The position numbers were made by a program, and so were the translations under genes. Shown here piece by piece: positions 12,835 to 28,102 of a DNA stretch of 64,000 bases. A model generated the notes under the pieces. It was given only the letters and a program-made list of their open reading frames with translations. It did not search any database and had not been told where the DNA came from. Source of the stretch: the human T2T-CHM13v2.0 reference genome, Homo sapiens; the NCBI RefSeq assembly GCF_009914755.1, contig NC_060928.1; one strand, 5' to 3'. The stretch's first letter is position 1, and each line of letters begins with the position of its first letter.

Positions 12835-15800
12835 GAGTCCAAGAGGCTGCCAGAAGTGAAAAACGGGGCCTGGAAAGGCCGTTGTGAGGAATGAGCTGGG
12901 CCTAAAGAGGCCACTGGCAGGCGGGAGCTGGGCCTGCAGAAGCGGCCGAAAGGCAGGAGCTTTGGACTGGGGAGGCCGCAGTGAGGCGAGAGCTAGCTGG
13001 GCGTGGAGAGTCCGCTGTGAGGCCGAGGCCGAGGCCGGGCCCGTGCAGGCCTTCGGGAGGCAGGAGGCCGGGACTGCAAAGGCCGACTGGAGGTCAAGTT
13101 CTGGGCCTGAAGAGGCTGCCAAAAGTCAAAAGCGGGACCTGGGAAGGCTGCCGAGAGCCATGAGCTGGGCTGGGCTGAAAGAGGCCACTGGGAGGCAGGA
13201 GGAGCTGGGCCTGGAGAGGCTGACTCGAGGAAGTTTTGCACCTGGAGAGGCCGCCGAGAGGACGGAGCTGGGCCCGGGGAGGCCGACTTGCTGCTCTTCC
13301 AGGCCCAATTCCAGGCCGACTTGAGGACGACTTGGGCCTGCAGAGGCCGCCGGGAGGCCCAAGCTGGGCCTAGAGGAGCCCACCGACCGGAGGCCGTTTG
13401 GGGCCTGCAGATGCCATCGGAGGGCAGGAGCTGAGCCTGGAGAGGCCACCGTGAGGCCTGACCTGGGCCTGGGGAGCTTGGCTTCAGGAAGCTGTGGGCC
13501 GACCAAGGCCGCCAGGAGATGGGTAGGCACTGAGTCCAAAGAGGTTGTTGAGAGGCAGGAGTCGGGCCTGGAGACGCAACCAGGAAGAAGAGCTGGGCCC
13601 AGAGAGGACACCCGGAGGGTGCAAGTGGGTCTGGAGAGGCCGACTTGAGGAGGTTCTGGGCCCGGAGAGGCCGCCGGAAGGGAAAAACTGGGCCTGGAAA
13701 GGCCGTTGTGAGGAATGAGCCCCATGGGCCTGAAGAGGCCACTGGCAGGCGGGAGCTGGGCCTGCCGAAGCGGCTGAGAGGCAGGAGCTTTGGACTTGGG
13801 AGGCTGCAGTGAGGCGAGAGCTAGCTGGGCGTGGAGAGTCTGCTGTGAGGCAGAGGCTGGGCCTGTGCAGGCCTTCGGGAGGCAGGAGGCCAGGCCTTGT
13901 CGAGGCCTGCAGAGGCCACCGAAAGTCAAAAGCGGGGCCTGGGAAGGCCGCTGGGAGGCATGAGCTGGGCTGGGCCGAAAGAGGCCACTGGGAGGCAGGA
14001 GGAGCTGGGCCTGGAGAGGCTGACTCGAGGAACTTTTGCACCCGGAGAGGCCGCCGAGAGGCCGGAGCTGGGCCTGGGGAAGCCGACTTGAGAACGACTT
14101 GGGCCTGCAGAGGCCACCGGGAGGCAGGAGCTGGCCCTGGACAGACCGACTTGACGACAGTCTGGGCCTGCAGAGGCCGCCGAGAGGAAGAGCTGGGCCT
14201 GGAGAGGCCGACTGGAGGAAGTCCAGGGCCTGGAGAGGATGCAAAGCAGCAAACACTAGGCCTGGAAAGGCTGCCCTGAGGCATGGGCTTGGCCTACAGA
14301 GGCCACTGGCAGGAGCTGGGCCCGCAGAGGCTCCCGAGAGGGAGGAGCATTGCCCCAGGAGGCCACGGTGAGGAAGAGGTGGGCCTGGAGAGCCCACTGT
14401 GAGGTAGAGGCCGGGCCTGTAGAGGCCGCCGACAGGCAGGGAATGGGCCTGTTGAGGCCACGAGAGGCATAAGCTGGGCCTCAACAGGCCAGTGTGAGGC
14501 AGGAGCTGACACTTGGGCAGGTTGCAAGAGGCATGAGTTGGGCCGAAAGAGGCCACCGTGAGGGAGGAGCTGAGCCTGTACAAGCTGCCAAAAGGCAGGA
14601 GCAGCTTTGGACTGGAGAGGCCGCAGACAGGGAAGAGCTGGGTGTGGAGAGTCTGCTGTGAGGCAGAGGCTGGGCCTGTACATGCCCTCGGGAAGCAGGA
14701 GGCTGGGCCTGGAGAGGCCGACTTGAGAAAGTTTTGCTCCTGGAGAGGCCACTCAGAGGCAAGAGCTGGGTGTGAAGAGGCTGACTTGAGGTCGATTTTG
14801 GCCTGTAGAAGCCACTGGTAGCTAGGAGTTGGCCCTGGAGAGGCTGACCTGAGGACAGTTTTGGCCTGTAGAGGCCACTGGGAGGGAGAGCTTGGTCTGG
14901 AGAGGCCAAGTGGAGTAAGTTCAGGGCTTGGAGAGGATGCACAAAAGGAAACGCTCAGCCTGGAAAGTGTGCTGTGAGGCATTAGCTTGGCCTACACAGC
15001 ACTTGGAGGCAGGAGCTGGGCCTGCAGAGGGTGACTTCAGGACGATTTTGGCCTGCAGAAGCCTTTGGGAGGAAGAGCTTGGCCTGGACCGGCTGACTGG
15101 AGGAAGTTTTGGGACTGGAGTATGCATCAAAAAGCAAAAGTTAGGCTAGGAAAGGCCACTTTGCGGCATGATCTTGGCCTACAAAGGCAACTGTGAGGCA
15201 GGAGCTGGGCCTGTAGAGGCTGCCGAAAGGCAGGAGCTTGGCCTCAGGAGGCTATGATCAGGCAAGTGGTGGGCCTGGAGGGTCTACTGTGTGGTAAGAG
15301 TCTGGGCCTGTGTAGGCCGACATGAGGCAGGAGCTGAGTTAGGAGAGGCCAACTTTTGGAGAATTTGGGCCTGCAGAGGCTAACAGGAGGCAAGAGCTGT
15401 GCCTGGAGAGTCCATTTTTTAGCATAAGCTGGGCCTAAAGAGACCATTGTGAGGCAGCACCTGCCTGGGAGGCAGGCAGATTCGTGGCCTGGGGAGGCCA
15501 CCGTGAGGCAAATGCTCAGTTTTCGGAGGATGCTGTGAGGCAGGGAGAAACTTGGCTTTCGGTGGCCGCAGTGAGGGAATAGTTTGATTGCTGAGGCTGC
15601 TGGGAGGCCGAAGGTGGGCCTGGAAAACTTTACTTTAAGAAGTCTGTGGCCTACAGAGGCTGCCAGCAGCTCAGCAGGAGTTGGGCCAAAGGAGGTTGTT
15701 GTGAGGCAGGAGATGGGCCTGTAGACGCACTGGGAGGATGAGCTCGTCCTGGAGATGCCGAGTTAAGGACATTCTGGGCCTGGACAGGCTGCAAAAGGCA

Positions 15801-17252
15801 AAAGCTGTGCCTGGAAAAGTCGCCATGGGGCATGAGCTTGGCCTGAAGAGGCCACTGCAAGGCAGGAGCTGGCCCCGTAGAGGCTGCCGAAAGGCAGGAG
15901 CTTTGCCTGAGGATGCCACAGTGAGACACCATCTGGGTCTGCAGGGTCCACTGTGAGGCAGAGGCTGGCCTGTAGAGTCCGACAGTAGACACAAGTTGGG
16001 CAAAAGGCTGATTTGAGGAAGTTTTGGGCTTCAAGAGTCAGCCAGGAGGCAGGCACTAGGCCTGGAAATGGCCCGACAGTCATGAGTTGGGCCTAAATGG
16101 GCCACCGTGAGGGAGGAGCTGTGCCTGTTGAGGCTGCTGGCAGGCAGGAAGAAATTTGGCCTGAGGCAGCTGCCATGAGGCAAGAGCTGGGCTTGGAAAA
16201 GCCCCTGGGAGGCAAGAGCAGGCCCTGCAGAGGCTGTTCTCAAGTCAAAGCTGGGCCTGTTCATGCCACCGGGAAGCAGAAGGTGGGCCTGGAGAGTATG
16301 ACTTGAGGAAGTTTTGGGCCTACATTGGCTGCCATGAGCTGGACAGGAACTGGGCCAAAAAAGGCTGTTGTGAGGCAGCAGTTGTGCCTGTAGACTCAGC
16401 CAAGAGGAAGAGCTGGGCCTGGAGAAGCCCCCATGAGGCAGAGGTTGGGCCTGTAGACGCTGACAGGAGGCAGGAGCTGGGCCGGGAGAGGTCAACTTGA
16501 GGAGATTTTGGGCCTTCATAGGCCACCAGGAGGCAGCAGTTGGGACTAGAGAGGCTGACTTGAGTAAGTTTTGGGCCCGGAGATGACGTTCTGGGACAGG
16601 AGCTGGGCCTGGAGAGGTCACTGTGAGGCATGAGCTGGATGTAGAGAGGCCAGTGTGAGGCAAGACCTGGGCCTGTCTAGGCTGCTGGGAGACACGCAGG
16701 AATCTGGCCAGGGAAGGTTGCCATGAGACGAAAGTTGGGCCTGGAAAGGCCCTTGTGAAGCATGAGCTTGGCCTAAAGAGGCCACTGGGTGGCAGGAGCT
16801 GGGTGTGTAGAAGCTGCTAAAGGTTGGGAGCTTGGCTTGGGGGGTCCACAGTGAGGCAGATGCTGGGCCTCAAGAATCTGCTATGAGGCAGATGTTGGGA
16901 CTGTAGAGGCCGACGGGAGGCAGAGGCTGGGCCTGGAGGGGCCACCAAGATGCAGGAGCTGGGCCTGGAGAGGCTGCAAAGAAGCATGAGCTGGGCCTGG
17001 TGAGGTCGACTTCAGAAAGTTCAGGGCCTAGAGAGAAGGCTGGGAGGCAGGAGCTGGGTCTAAAGAGGCCATTGTAACGATGGAGCTGTGCCTGTGGAGG
17101 CTGTTGTGAGGCAGTAGGCTCATCTGCGGAGACTGCCGTGAGGTAGGGTATGGGCCTAAATAGGCCATTGTGAGTCATGAGCTTGGTCTGTAGAGGCTGA
17201 CTGGAGAAAGTTCTGGGCCTGGAGAGGCTGCCGGGAGGTAGGAGCTGGGCCA
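12835..17252. repeat. Degenerate G-rich tandem array: ~31/32-bp monomers with core TGGGCCTG(C/G/T)AGAGGC(C/T), 63-bp dimers and an ~800-bp higher-order duplication
   Basis: Core recurs throughout; 12867-13275 is repeated at ~13690-14075; minus-strand translations show a 21-aa periodicity (QVVLKSASPGPAPASRWPLQA). Confidence 0.9.
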
Positions 17253-17254
17253 AA

Positions 17255-17675
17255 AGATTTAAGCACATTTACATTTATTAGGCACTTCGTTTCCATTATT
17301 ACACTGTAATATCTAATAAAATAATTATAGAACTCACCATAATGTAGAATCAGTGGGCATGTTAAGCTTGTTTTCCTGCAACTGGATGGTCCCACCTGAG
17401 CGTGATGGGAGAAAGTGACAGATCAATAGGTATTAGATTCTCATAAGGACAGCGCAACCTAGATCCCTCACATGCACGGTTCACAACAGGGTGCATTCTC
17501 CTATGAGAATCTAATGCTGCTGCTGATCTGAGAAGGTGGAGCTCAGGCGGGAATGTGAGCAAAGGGGAGTGGCTGTAAATACAGACGAAGCTTCCCTCAC
17601 TCCCTCACTCGACACCACTCACCTCCTGCTGTGTGGCTCCTTACGGCTCCATGGCTCAGGGGTTGGGGAGCCCTG
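17255..17675 (+). mobile_element. MER1A-like hAT-Charlie DNA transposon fragment, left end lost at the repeat junction
   Basis: ATTAGATTCTCATAAGGA..CAACCTAGATCCCTC..CCTATGAGAATCTAATGC; terminus GGGGTTGGGGAGCCCTG. Confidence 0.85.
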
Positions 17676-20600
17676 CTCAAGTGCATCCAAAGCGACCCTT
17701 CCCACACCAGTCTTCATAGTGGTCAAGTGCAGTAACCACTTAGCTCCCAAGGCATGTGCCTCAGCTGGCATTTCGTCACAATCAACAGTAAGTGGTAGCT
17801 TGAGTCATTGTGAGGTCACTTCCTGGAAATCACCAGCATCCCATTTCCCACTGGCAAAGAGCTCAGCACTGCCCCCTGGGAAACCAAACCTATGCCCAAA
17901 TCCCATCTGTGTGGGTTTATCTCCTGGGACCCTTCCTAACATATTAGTCAGAGTCCAATCAGGAAGCATAAACCACTCAAAAGTTTAAAGTGGTAAAATT
18001 TAATACGGAGAATTATTCATTATAACAGGTGAACGGCATAATGAGAGATTGGCTAACCCAAAGTAAAGAGAACTCTAGAGAATACAGGACTAGCCCAGGC
18101 CAGGCATGGTGGCTCATGCCTGAAATTCCAGCAATTTGAGAAGCTAATGCAGGAGGATTGCTTAAGGCCAGGAGCTAGAGACCGGTCTGGACAACACAGT
18201 GAGACCCTGTCTCTATCCAAAAAAAGAAAAAAGTTAGCTGGGAGTGGTGGTGCACACTTGTAGTCCCAGCTACTCGGAACGCTGAAGTTTGAGCCTGGGA
18301 GGTCAAGGCTGCAGTGAGGCATGATTATGCCACTACAGTCCAGCCTGGTGACAGAGCAAGACCCTGTCTCAAAGAACAAAACAACAACAACCATTTACAG
18401 ACAGAAAAGAGATAGAGCTAATAAGCTAAGGAAAGATGTTGAAATGTGACAAGTAAAGTAATATGAGGTCTTTTATCTATTTAAAATAATCAAACAAAAA
18501 ATGACTTAGTAAATTATAATACCCTGTGCTGGCAAAGGTGCAGTGAAACGGGCACTTTCTTGTACTATGAGGGGTGTTTAAATTGTGTATAAGCCTTCCC
18601 GGGTAAAGCTTGTCAATTTCTTAAAATAATGGAGACAGGGTCTCACCATACTGCCATACTGCCTCCTCCAACTCTTGGCCTCAAGCACTCCTCCTCTCTT
18701 AGCCTCCCAAAGTGCTAAGATTATAGGCTGGGAGGCACCCAAAACCCTGTCAATTTACATCAAGGGTAATGAGAATGTCCATTCACCATGTCTCACAGTA
18801 ATCTTACTTCTGGGGAGATAATTCAATCTAAACAAAAGGTCATCTGTACAAACACAGTAAAAATCTGGGAGTAACTGAAGACAGAGTTGGTAAGTGAAAT
18901 AAGAAACAGTTATAAGAAATTAAACTATGATATCAATAGGCACCTGGTATAAAAGGTCAGTTGATGTTAGCTGCTACTTTTTTGTTGTTTTGAGACAGGG
19001 TCTCACTCTGTCACCCAGGCTGGAGTGCAGAGGCCTGATCATGACTCATTGCAGTCTCAGCCTCCCTGGGCTCAAGTGATCCTCCCACCTCAGCCTCCCA
19101 AGTAGCTGGGACTACAGGAACATGCCACCACACTAGGCTAATTCATGTATTTTTCTGTAGGGATGGTGACTCCCCGCTTTGTTTCCAAGGCCTATCGCAA
19201 ACTCTTGGCCTCAAGCCATCCTCCTGCCTCAGCCTCCCAAAGAGTTGCGATTACCAGTGTGAGCCACCACACCTGGCCAGCTGCTACTTTTAGCAATATT
19301 ATTATTATTCCACTCAATTAAAAATTATTATTTTCAAGGCTATGCAACAGTATGTATCCTACAGCGTAATTGTAAAAACATATACAGTCGTCGTCCCTCA
19401 GTATACAGAATTAGTTCCAGCCCCCCATCTCTGCATATACCAAAACCCATGCTTACTCACGTTTTGCTGTCACCACTCTGGAATCCACTTATATGAAAAT
19501 TCCAAATATTAGTTGGGCATAGTGGCAAGCACCTGTAGTCTCAGCCACGTGGGAGGTTGAGATGGGAGAATCACTTCAGCCTGGAAGGTTGAGGCTGCAT
19601 TCAGCTGTGATAGCACTACTACACTCCAGCCTTGGACAACAGAGGGAGACCCTGTCTCAGAAATAAAAACAAAACAGGTTAGAAATTGTACTGAGGTCTG
19701 TTGGGCAAAATTCCATATAAGCAAAGTATAAATTAATAAAGCAAATCGTGATAAATTAGTACGATTGACTTTCTGGAGTTTCAGACAATAAAAGTAAGGA
19801 AAATGCAAAACACAAAGACAGAGAGTAAAAAGAGAAATTAGGAAAGCATTCTACATGTTTAATAGGAAGACGCTGGCCATGGTCGTGCAGCGGCAGTATG
19901 TCGTGACATGACATACCTTGGAGAGAAGTTAACAGATGAGGAAGTTGATAAAAATCATCAGAGAAGCAAAATACTGGTAGTGACACTCAAGTAAACCACG
20001 AAATTTCCATAACTTATGTCAGCAAAGTGGGAATATTGTACAGTGTGTGTTAAAGTTCCTATACAACATTGTTTATCTGCCTTTTGTTTGTTTGTAAGGA
20101 ATGTATATACTAAAAGTTCTTCTTGCTGTCAAAAGAATATGTGTGAATAAGTCATTGTAACTTCTTCTTCTGTTTTTCTTTTATCTTCCTGCCATCATCC
20201 CACAACCTTACTTTAGAAATTTTTTCTTTAGAAAATTGAACAAGTGCTCCTTGTGGTGGCACATACCTCTAGGATGGGAGGCAGGGGTGGAAGGGTCACT
20301 TGAGGCCATTAGTTTGACACCAGCCTGGCCAACAAAGTGAGACCCTATGTCTACAAAACAATTTAAAAATTAGCCAAGTATCGTCATGTGTACCTACAGT
20401 CCTAGCTACTCAGGAGGCTCAGGTAGGAGGATCCTTAGCCCAGGAGTTCAAGGCTGCAGTGAGCTGTGATAGCACTACTGTACTCAAGCCTGGGTGACAG
20501 GGTGAGACCCCATCTCCTAAAATAAAAAACAAAGAAAAAAAATAGTTCAAGTAGCAAGTTGTATGTGGCTTACTCTGAATATTTCTAAACTAGAAATTCT

Positions 20601-20812
20601 CAATCTTTTGGGGTCTAACATCCCTTTACATTTTTTAACTTTATTGAAGATCTCTAAGACTATTTCTTTCTGTAGATAATTATATTAAAACTAGAAAATA
20701 AGACACAAATTTTTAAATATTATTCATCACATATTAAAGCCATTACATGTTGATATAATACAAGATTTTAAAAATATTTAATATTCATTACATATTAATA
20801 ATAAAACCATGA

Positions 20813-21076
<264 letters not shown>

Positions 21077-21819
21077 TAGGTCTCCCTAAGTGCTGGGATT
21101 ACAGGTGTGAGCCACCGCGCCCACCCCGATTAATATATGTTTTAAAACACTGATTAGTCAGGCAACAACACCGGGCAGGGGTCTCCTCATTCCCAGCGAC
21201 GCAAACCCCACTGCACGGCTGAGGGGTTGCAAGGGCTGCAGAGCCAAAAGGCTCTGACTTGAGATATTATTTTACTTGTATTTTTATTTGTATTGTGAGA
21301 CAGGTCCTGCTCTGTCACCCAGACTGGAGTGCAGCTGTGCACTTACAGCTCACTGCAGCCTCGACCTCCTGGGCTCAAGCCATCTTCCTGCCTCAGCTCC
21401 CCAGTAGCTGGTAGTACAGTTGAGTGTCACCATGCCTGGTTATTTTTTTAATTTTTTTGTAGAGTGAGGGGTCTTGCTATGTTGCCCAAGCTGGCCTCAA
21501 ACTCCTGACCTCTAGAGATCTGCCCACTTCAGCCTCCTGAGTAGCTGAAACTACAAGTACACATCACCATGCCTAGCTACATTTATTTAATTTTGAAAAA
21601 TATTTTTGTAAAGAGCAGATCTTGCTGTGTTGTCCAGGCTGGTCTTGAACACCTGCCCTTAAAAGATACTCGCACCTCTGCTTACCAAACAGCTGGGACT
21701 ACAGGCATGAGCCACTGCAATGAGCCTGAAGAGATTTCTTTAATCTAGCATCCCATACTTGGTAGGATTGGGAAAGGCAGTAGTGTTTTTTAAAATTACT
21801 TAATAATTTCAGTAACAAT

Positions 21820-22905
<1,086 letters not shown>

Positions 22906-23104
22906 TAATCTGCCCGCTTCGGCCTCCCAAAGTGCTGGAATTATAGGCGTGAGCTACCACGCCTGGCCAATTTTTTCATTTTTTGTAGAGACAAGGTCTT
23001 ACTATGTTGCCCAGACTGGTCTTGAACTCCTGGCCTCAAGTGATCCTCCTGCCTAAATTCCTAAAGTGCGGGCATTACCGGCATGAGCCATCATGCCTGG
23101 CTTC

Positions 23105-23460
23105 ATGTTCATTTCTTCTTGCTGCTGCAACATAGTTTGAAGTTTCCTACATTTAGTGGCTTAAAACACCACAAATCTACCATCTTACGGTTCCAGGGGC
23201 CAGAAACCCAAACTAGGTCTATTAAGGCTAAAGTCAAGGTGTCAGCAGGGCTGCATTCCTTCTGGAGACTCTAATATGTTCCCTTGGCTTTTCCAGCTTC
23301 TGGAAGCCACCCCCATTCCTTGGATCATGGCCCCTGACTCCATCTTCAAAGCCAGAGGTGAAGCATCTTCAAATCTCCCTCTCTTACCTCTGCTTTCATC
23401 ACCACATCTCCTGCTCCAATTCTGAATCTCCTACTCTCTTTCTTTTATAAAGACCCTTGT
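23105..23460 (-). mobile_element. MLT1-type MaLR LTR fragment (paralog at ~35095-35450)
   Basis: GTGGCTTAAAACACCACAAAT..ATCTTACGGTTCC..CAAGGTGTCAGCAGGGCTG..TTCCTTCTGGAG..TCTTTTATAAAGAC. Confidence 0.7.
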
Positions 23461-24014
23461 GATTGCTGGGCATGGTGGCTCCCACCCAGAATCCCAACAC
23501 TTTGGGAGGTCAAGGCAGGAGGAACACTTGAGGCCCGAAGTTTGAAACTAGCATGAAAAACACAGTGAGACCCCCACCTCTAGAAAAAAATAAAAATAAA
23601 TATTAGCCCGACATGGTGGTATGCGCCTGTAGTCCCAGCTACTTGAGAGGCTGAGGTGAGACAATCGATTTAGCCCAGGAGTTTGAGATCAGCCTGGACA
23701 ACATAACTAAATCTCATCTCTACAAGGACGAGGTGGGAGGATCACTTGAGCCCAGGAATTTGTGGCCAGCCTGGGCAACAAAAGAAGACCCCATCTGGCC
23801 AACATGGCCAACCTGGCCACCATGGCGAAACTCTGACTCTACAAAAATGAGCTGGGCATGGGTGACATGCATGTGGAGTCCTAGCTACTTGGGAGGTTGA
23901 GATGGGAGGATTGCTTGATCTCAGGAGGCCAAAGCTATAGTGAGCTATGATCACATCACTGCACTCCAGCCTGGATGACACAGGAGATCCTGTCTCAAAA
24001 AAAAGAAAAGAAAT

Positions 24015-25480
<1,466 letters not shown>

Positions 25481-26156
25481 CAAACATGGGCTTTTCTGTC
25501 ACTTACCTGCTTAACTGCATAGGAGAGGCAATATGTGGTGCTCATGAACAAAGCAAACATTAAAATCAGACCAAACCCAACATTTGACTCAGTCTTAATA
25601 TCCAGGCGAGCTTGGGCAAATCATTCATTATTCCTAAGGCTTCATCACTCCATTCATAAAATGGGGATAACTGTGGCACCTACCTGTGATTCTGTGAGAA
25701 TTAACGAAATATTATGCTTGGGGTTATTGTGATCATTATACCTATTCCAAACTATTTGACAAGGACAGTGATGGATGATGACATCAAAAAATCAGAAACT
25801 GCAATGAGGTCTCTCAGGCAAAATTCCATACAAGCAAATTACTGTGTCTACAAAGCATTCCTGCCACACTTAATTCACCATTCCCTGAACAAAATATGCC
25901 ATCTTTGTGGTTCAGGTCTGTACAGTGCTGGTTTCCCTTCCCGGGCAGTTTGCGCTATCCCATCCCAGCCCATTCCCCATCCCTCCACCTCCCCCTTCCC
26001 TCCCCACTCTCATACAACTCTTCCTCATCTTTCAGGACTTGGCTTCAATGTCACCTTAACTGGAAGCTTCTCTCACTCTCCAGAAGAGCTTCCCATTGCA
26101 CTTGATGCATGCACTATTATTTGATCATTTTTAAGTTAGTCCAAATCTTTTTGTAC

Positions 26157-26221
26157 CTGAATAACATGTTGCCCAGTCAGTCTCTCTTCCTGGATTCAGA
26201 AGTCTTTCATGGTAGATCCAG
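26157..26221 (-). other. 65-bp exon-like cassette, copy 1
   Basis: Minus strand reads ctttttgtcacttccag|CTGGATCTACC...TATTCAG|gtacaa. Confidence 0.45.
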
Positions 26222-26659
26222 CTGGAAGTGACAAAAAGACATCTTTTGACATAAAGGGATGACACAGACAGACATAAGTTCTTACATGTCTTAAATGTTA
26301 TGTGAAAATTAAACAGAATTCAAAGACTTGTGGGGAACACTTAGGAGGGAAAGTTACTGGGAATGTCATAAAGGGTTAATTTGTATTTTATTTTATTTTA
26401 TTTTTTGAGACAGTCTCATTCTGTCACCTAGGCTGGAGTTGTGGTGCAATCAGGCTCACTGCAGCCTTGACCACCTGGGCTCAAGTAATCTCACTTAATT
26501 TTTATCTGGTTTAAGAAAGTCTTGGTTGAGGGTGGTGGCCTATGCCTGTAATCTCAGCACTTTGGGAGGCTGAGAGAGGTATATTACTTGAGGCCAGGAG
26601 TTTGAGATCAGCCTGGGCAATATATTAAGACCCTGCCTCTACCAAAAAACAGACTGAGT

Positions 26660-27108
26660 GTGTGGAAGACAATTTTTCCACAGACTGGGAGTGAGGGAAT
26701 AATTTCAGGATGATTCAAGTGCATTACATATATTGTGCACTTTATTTCTATTATTACTACATAGTAATATATAATGAAATGATTCTACAACTCACTATAA
26801 CGTAGACTCAGTGGGATCTCTGAGCTTGTTCTCCTGCAACTAGACTGTCCATCTGGGGTGATGGGAGACAGTAGCAGAATATCAGGCATTAGATTCTCAT
26901 AAGGAGTACACAACCTAGATCCCTCGCATGCACACTTCACAACAGAGTTTGTGCTCCTATGAGAATCTAATGCTGCTGCTGGTCTGACAGGACATGGAGC
27001 TCAGGTGGTCATGCAAGCGATGGGAGGGGCTAGAAATACAGATGAAGTTTCCCTTCACTCGCCTGCTGCTCACCTCCAGCTCTGTGGCCCTGTGGTTGGA
27101 GACCGCTG
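26660..27108 (+). mobile_element. MER1A-like element, duplicated copy of 17255-17675 with shared downstream flank
   Basis: Same MER1 motifs, and the same unique flank (GTAGCTTGAGTCATTGTGAGGTCACTTCCTGGAAATCACCAGCATCCCA). Confidence 0.85.
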
Positions 27109-27468
27109 CTCAAGTGCATTCGAAAGGATCCATCCCATGCCATTCTTCAGAGTCATCTTTACTGCTGCAGTGGTCAACTTGTAGCACCCCTAAGCTCGCA
27201 GGACATATGCTTCAACTGGCATTTCACAATCAACAGTATGTGGTAGCTTGAGTCATTGTGAGGTCACTTCCTGGAAATCACCAGCATCCCATATCCCATT
27301 AGCAAGGAGCTCAGCACTGCTCCTTGGATAACCAAACCTACTCCCAAATCCCATCTGTGTGCATCTATCTCCTGGTACCCTTCCTAGCATCAATTCTGTA
27401 TTTGTAGGAGTCCAATCAGGAGACACAAACCACTCAAAAGTTTAAACTAAAATGAGCAAGATGGCTCA

Positions 27469-28102
<634 letters not shown>

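Noticed and set aside
12835-17252. CRISPR-like array or SVA VNTR
   Set aside because: Spacers between cores are related to each other, not unique; the context is primate with no cas genes; there is no CCCTCT hexamer, Alu-like or SINE-R domain.
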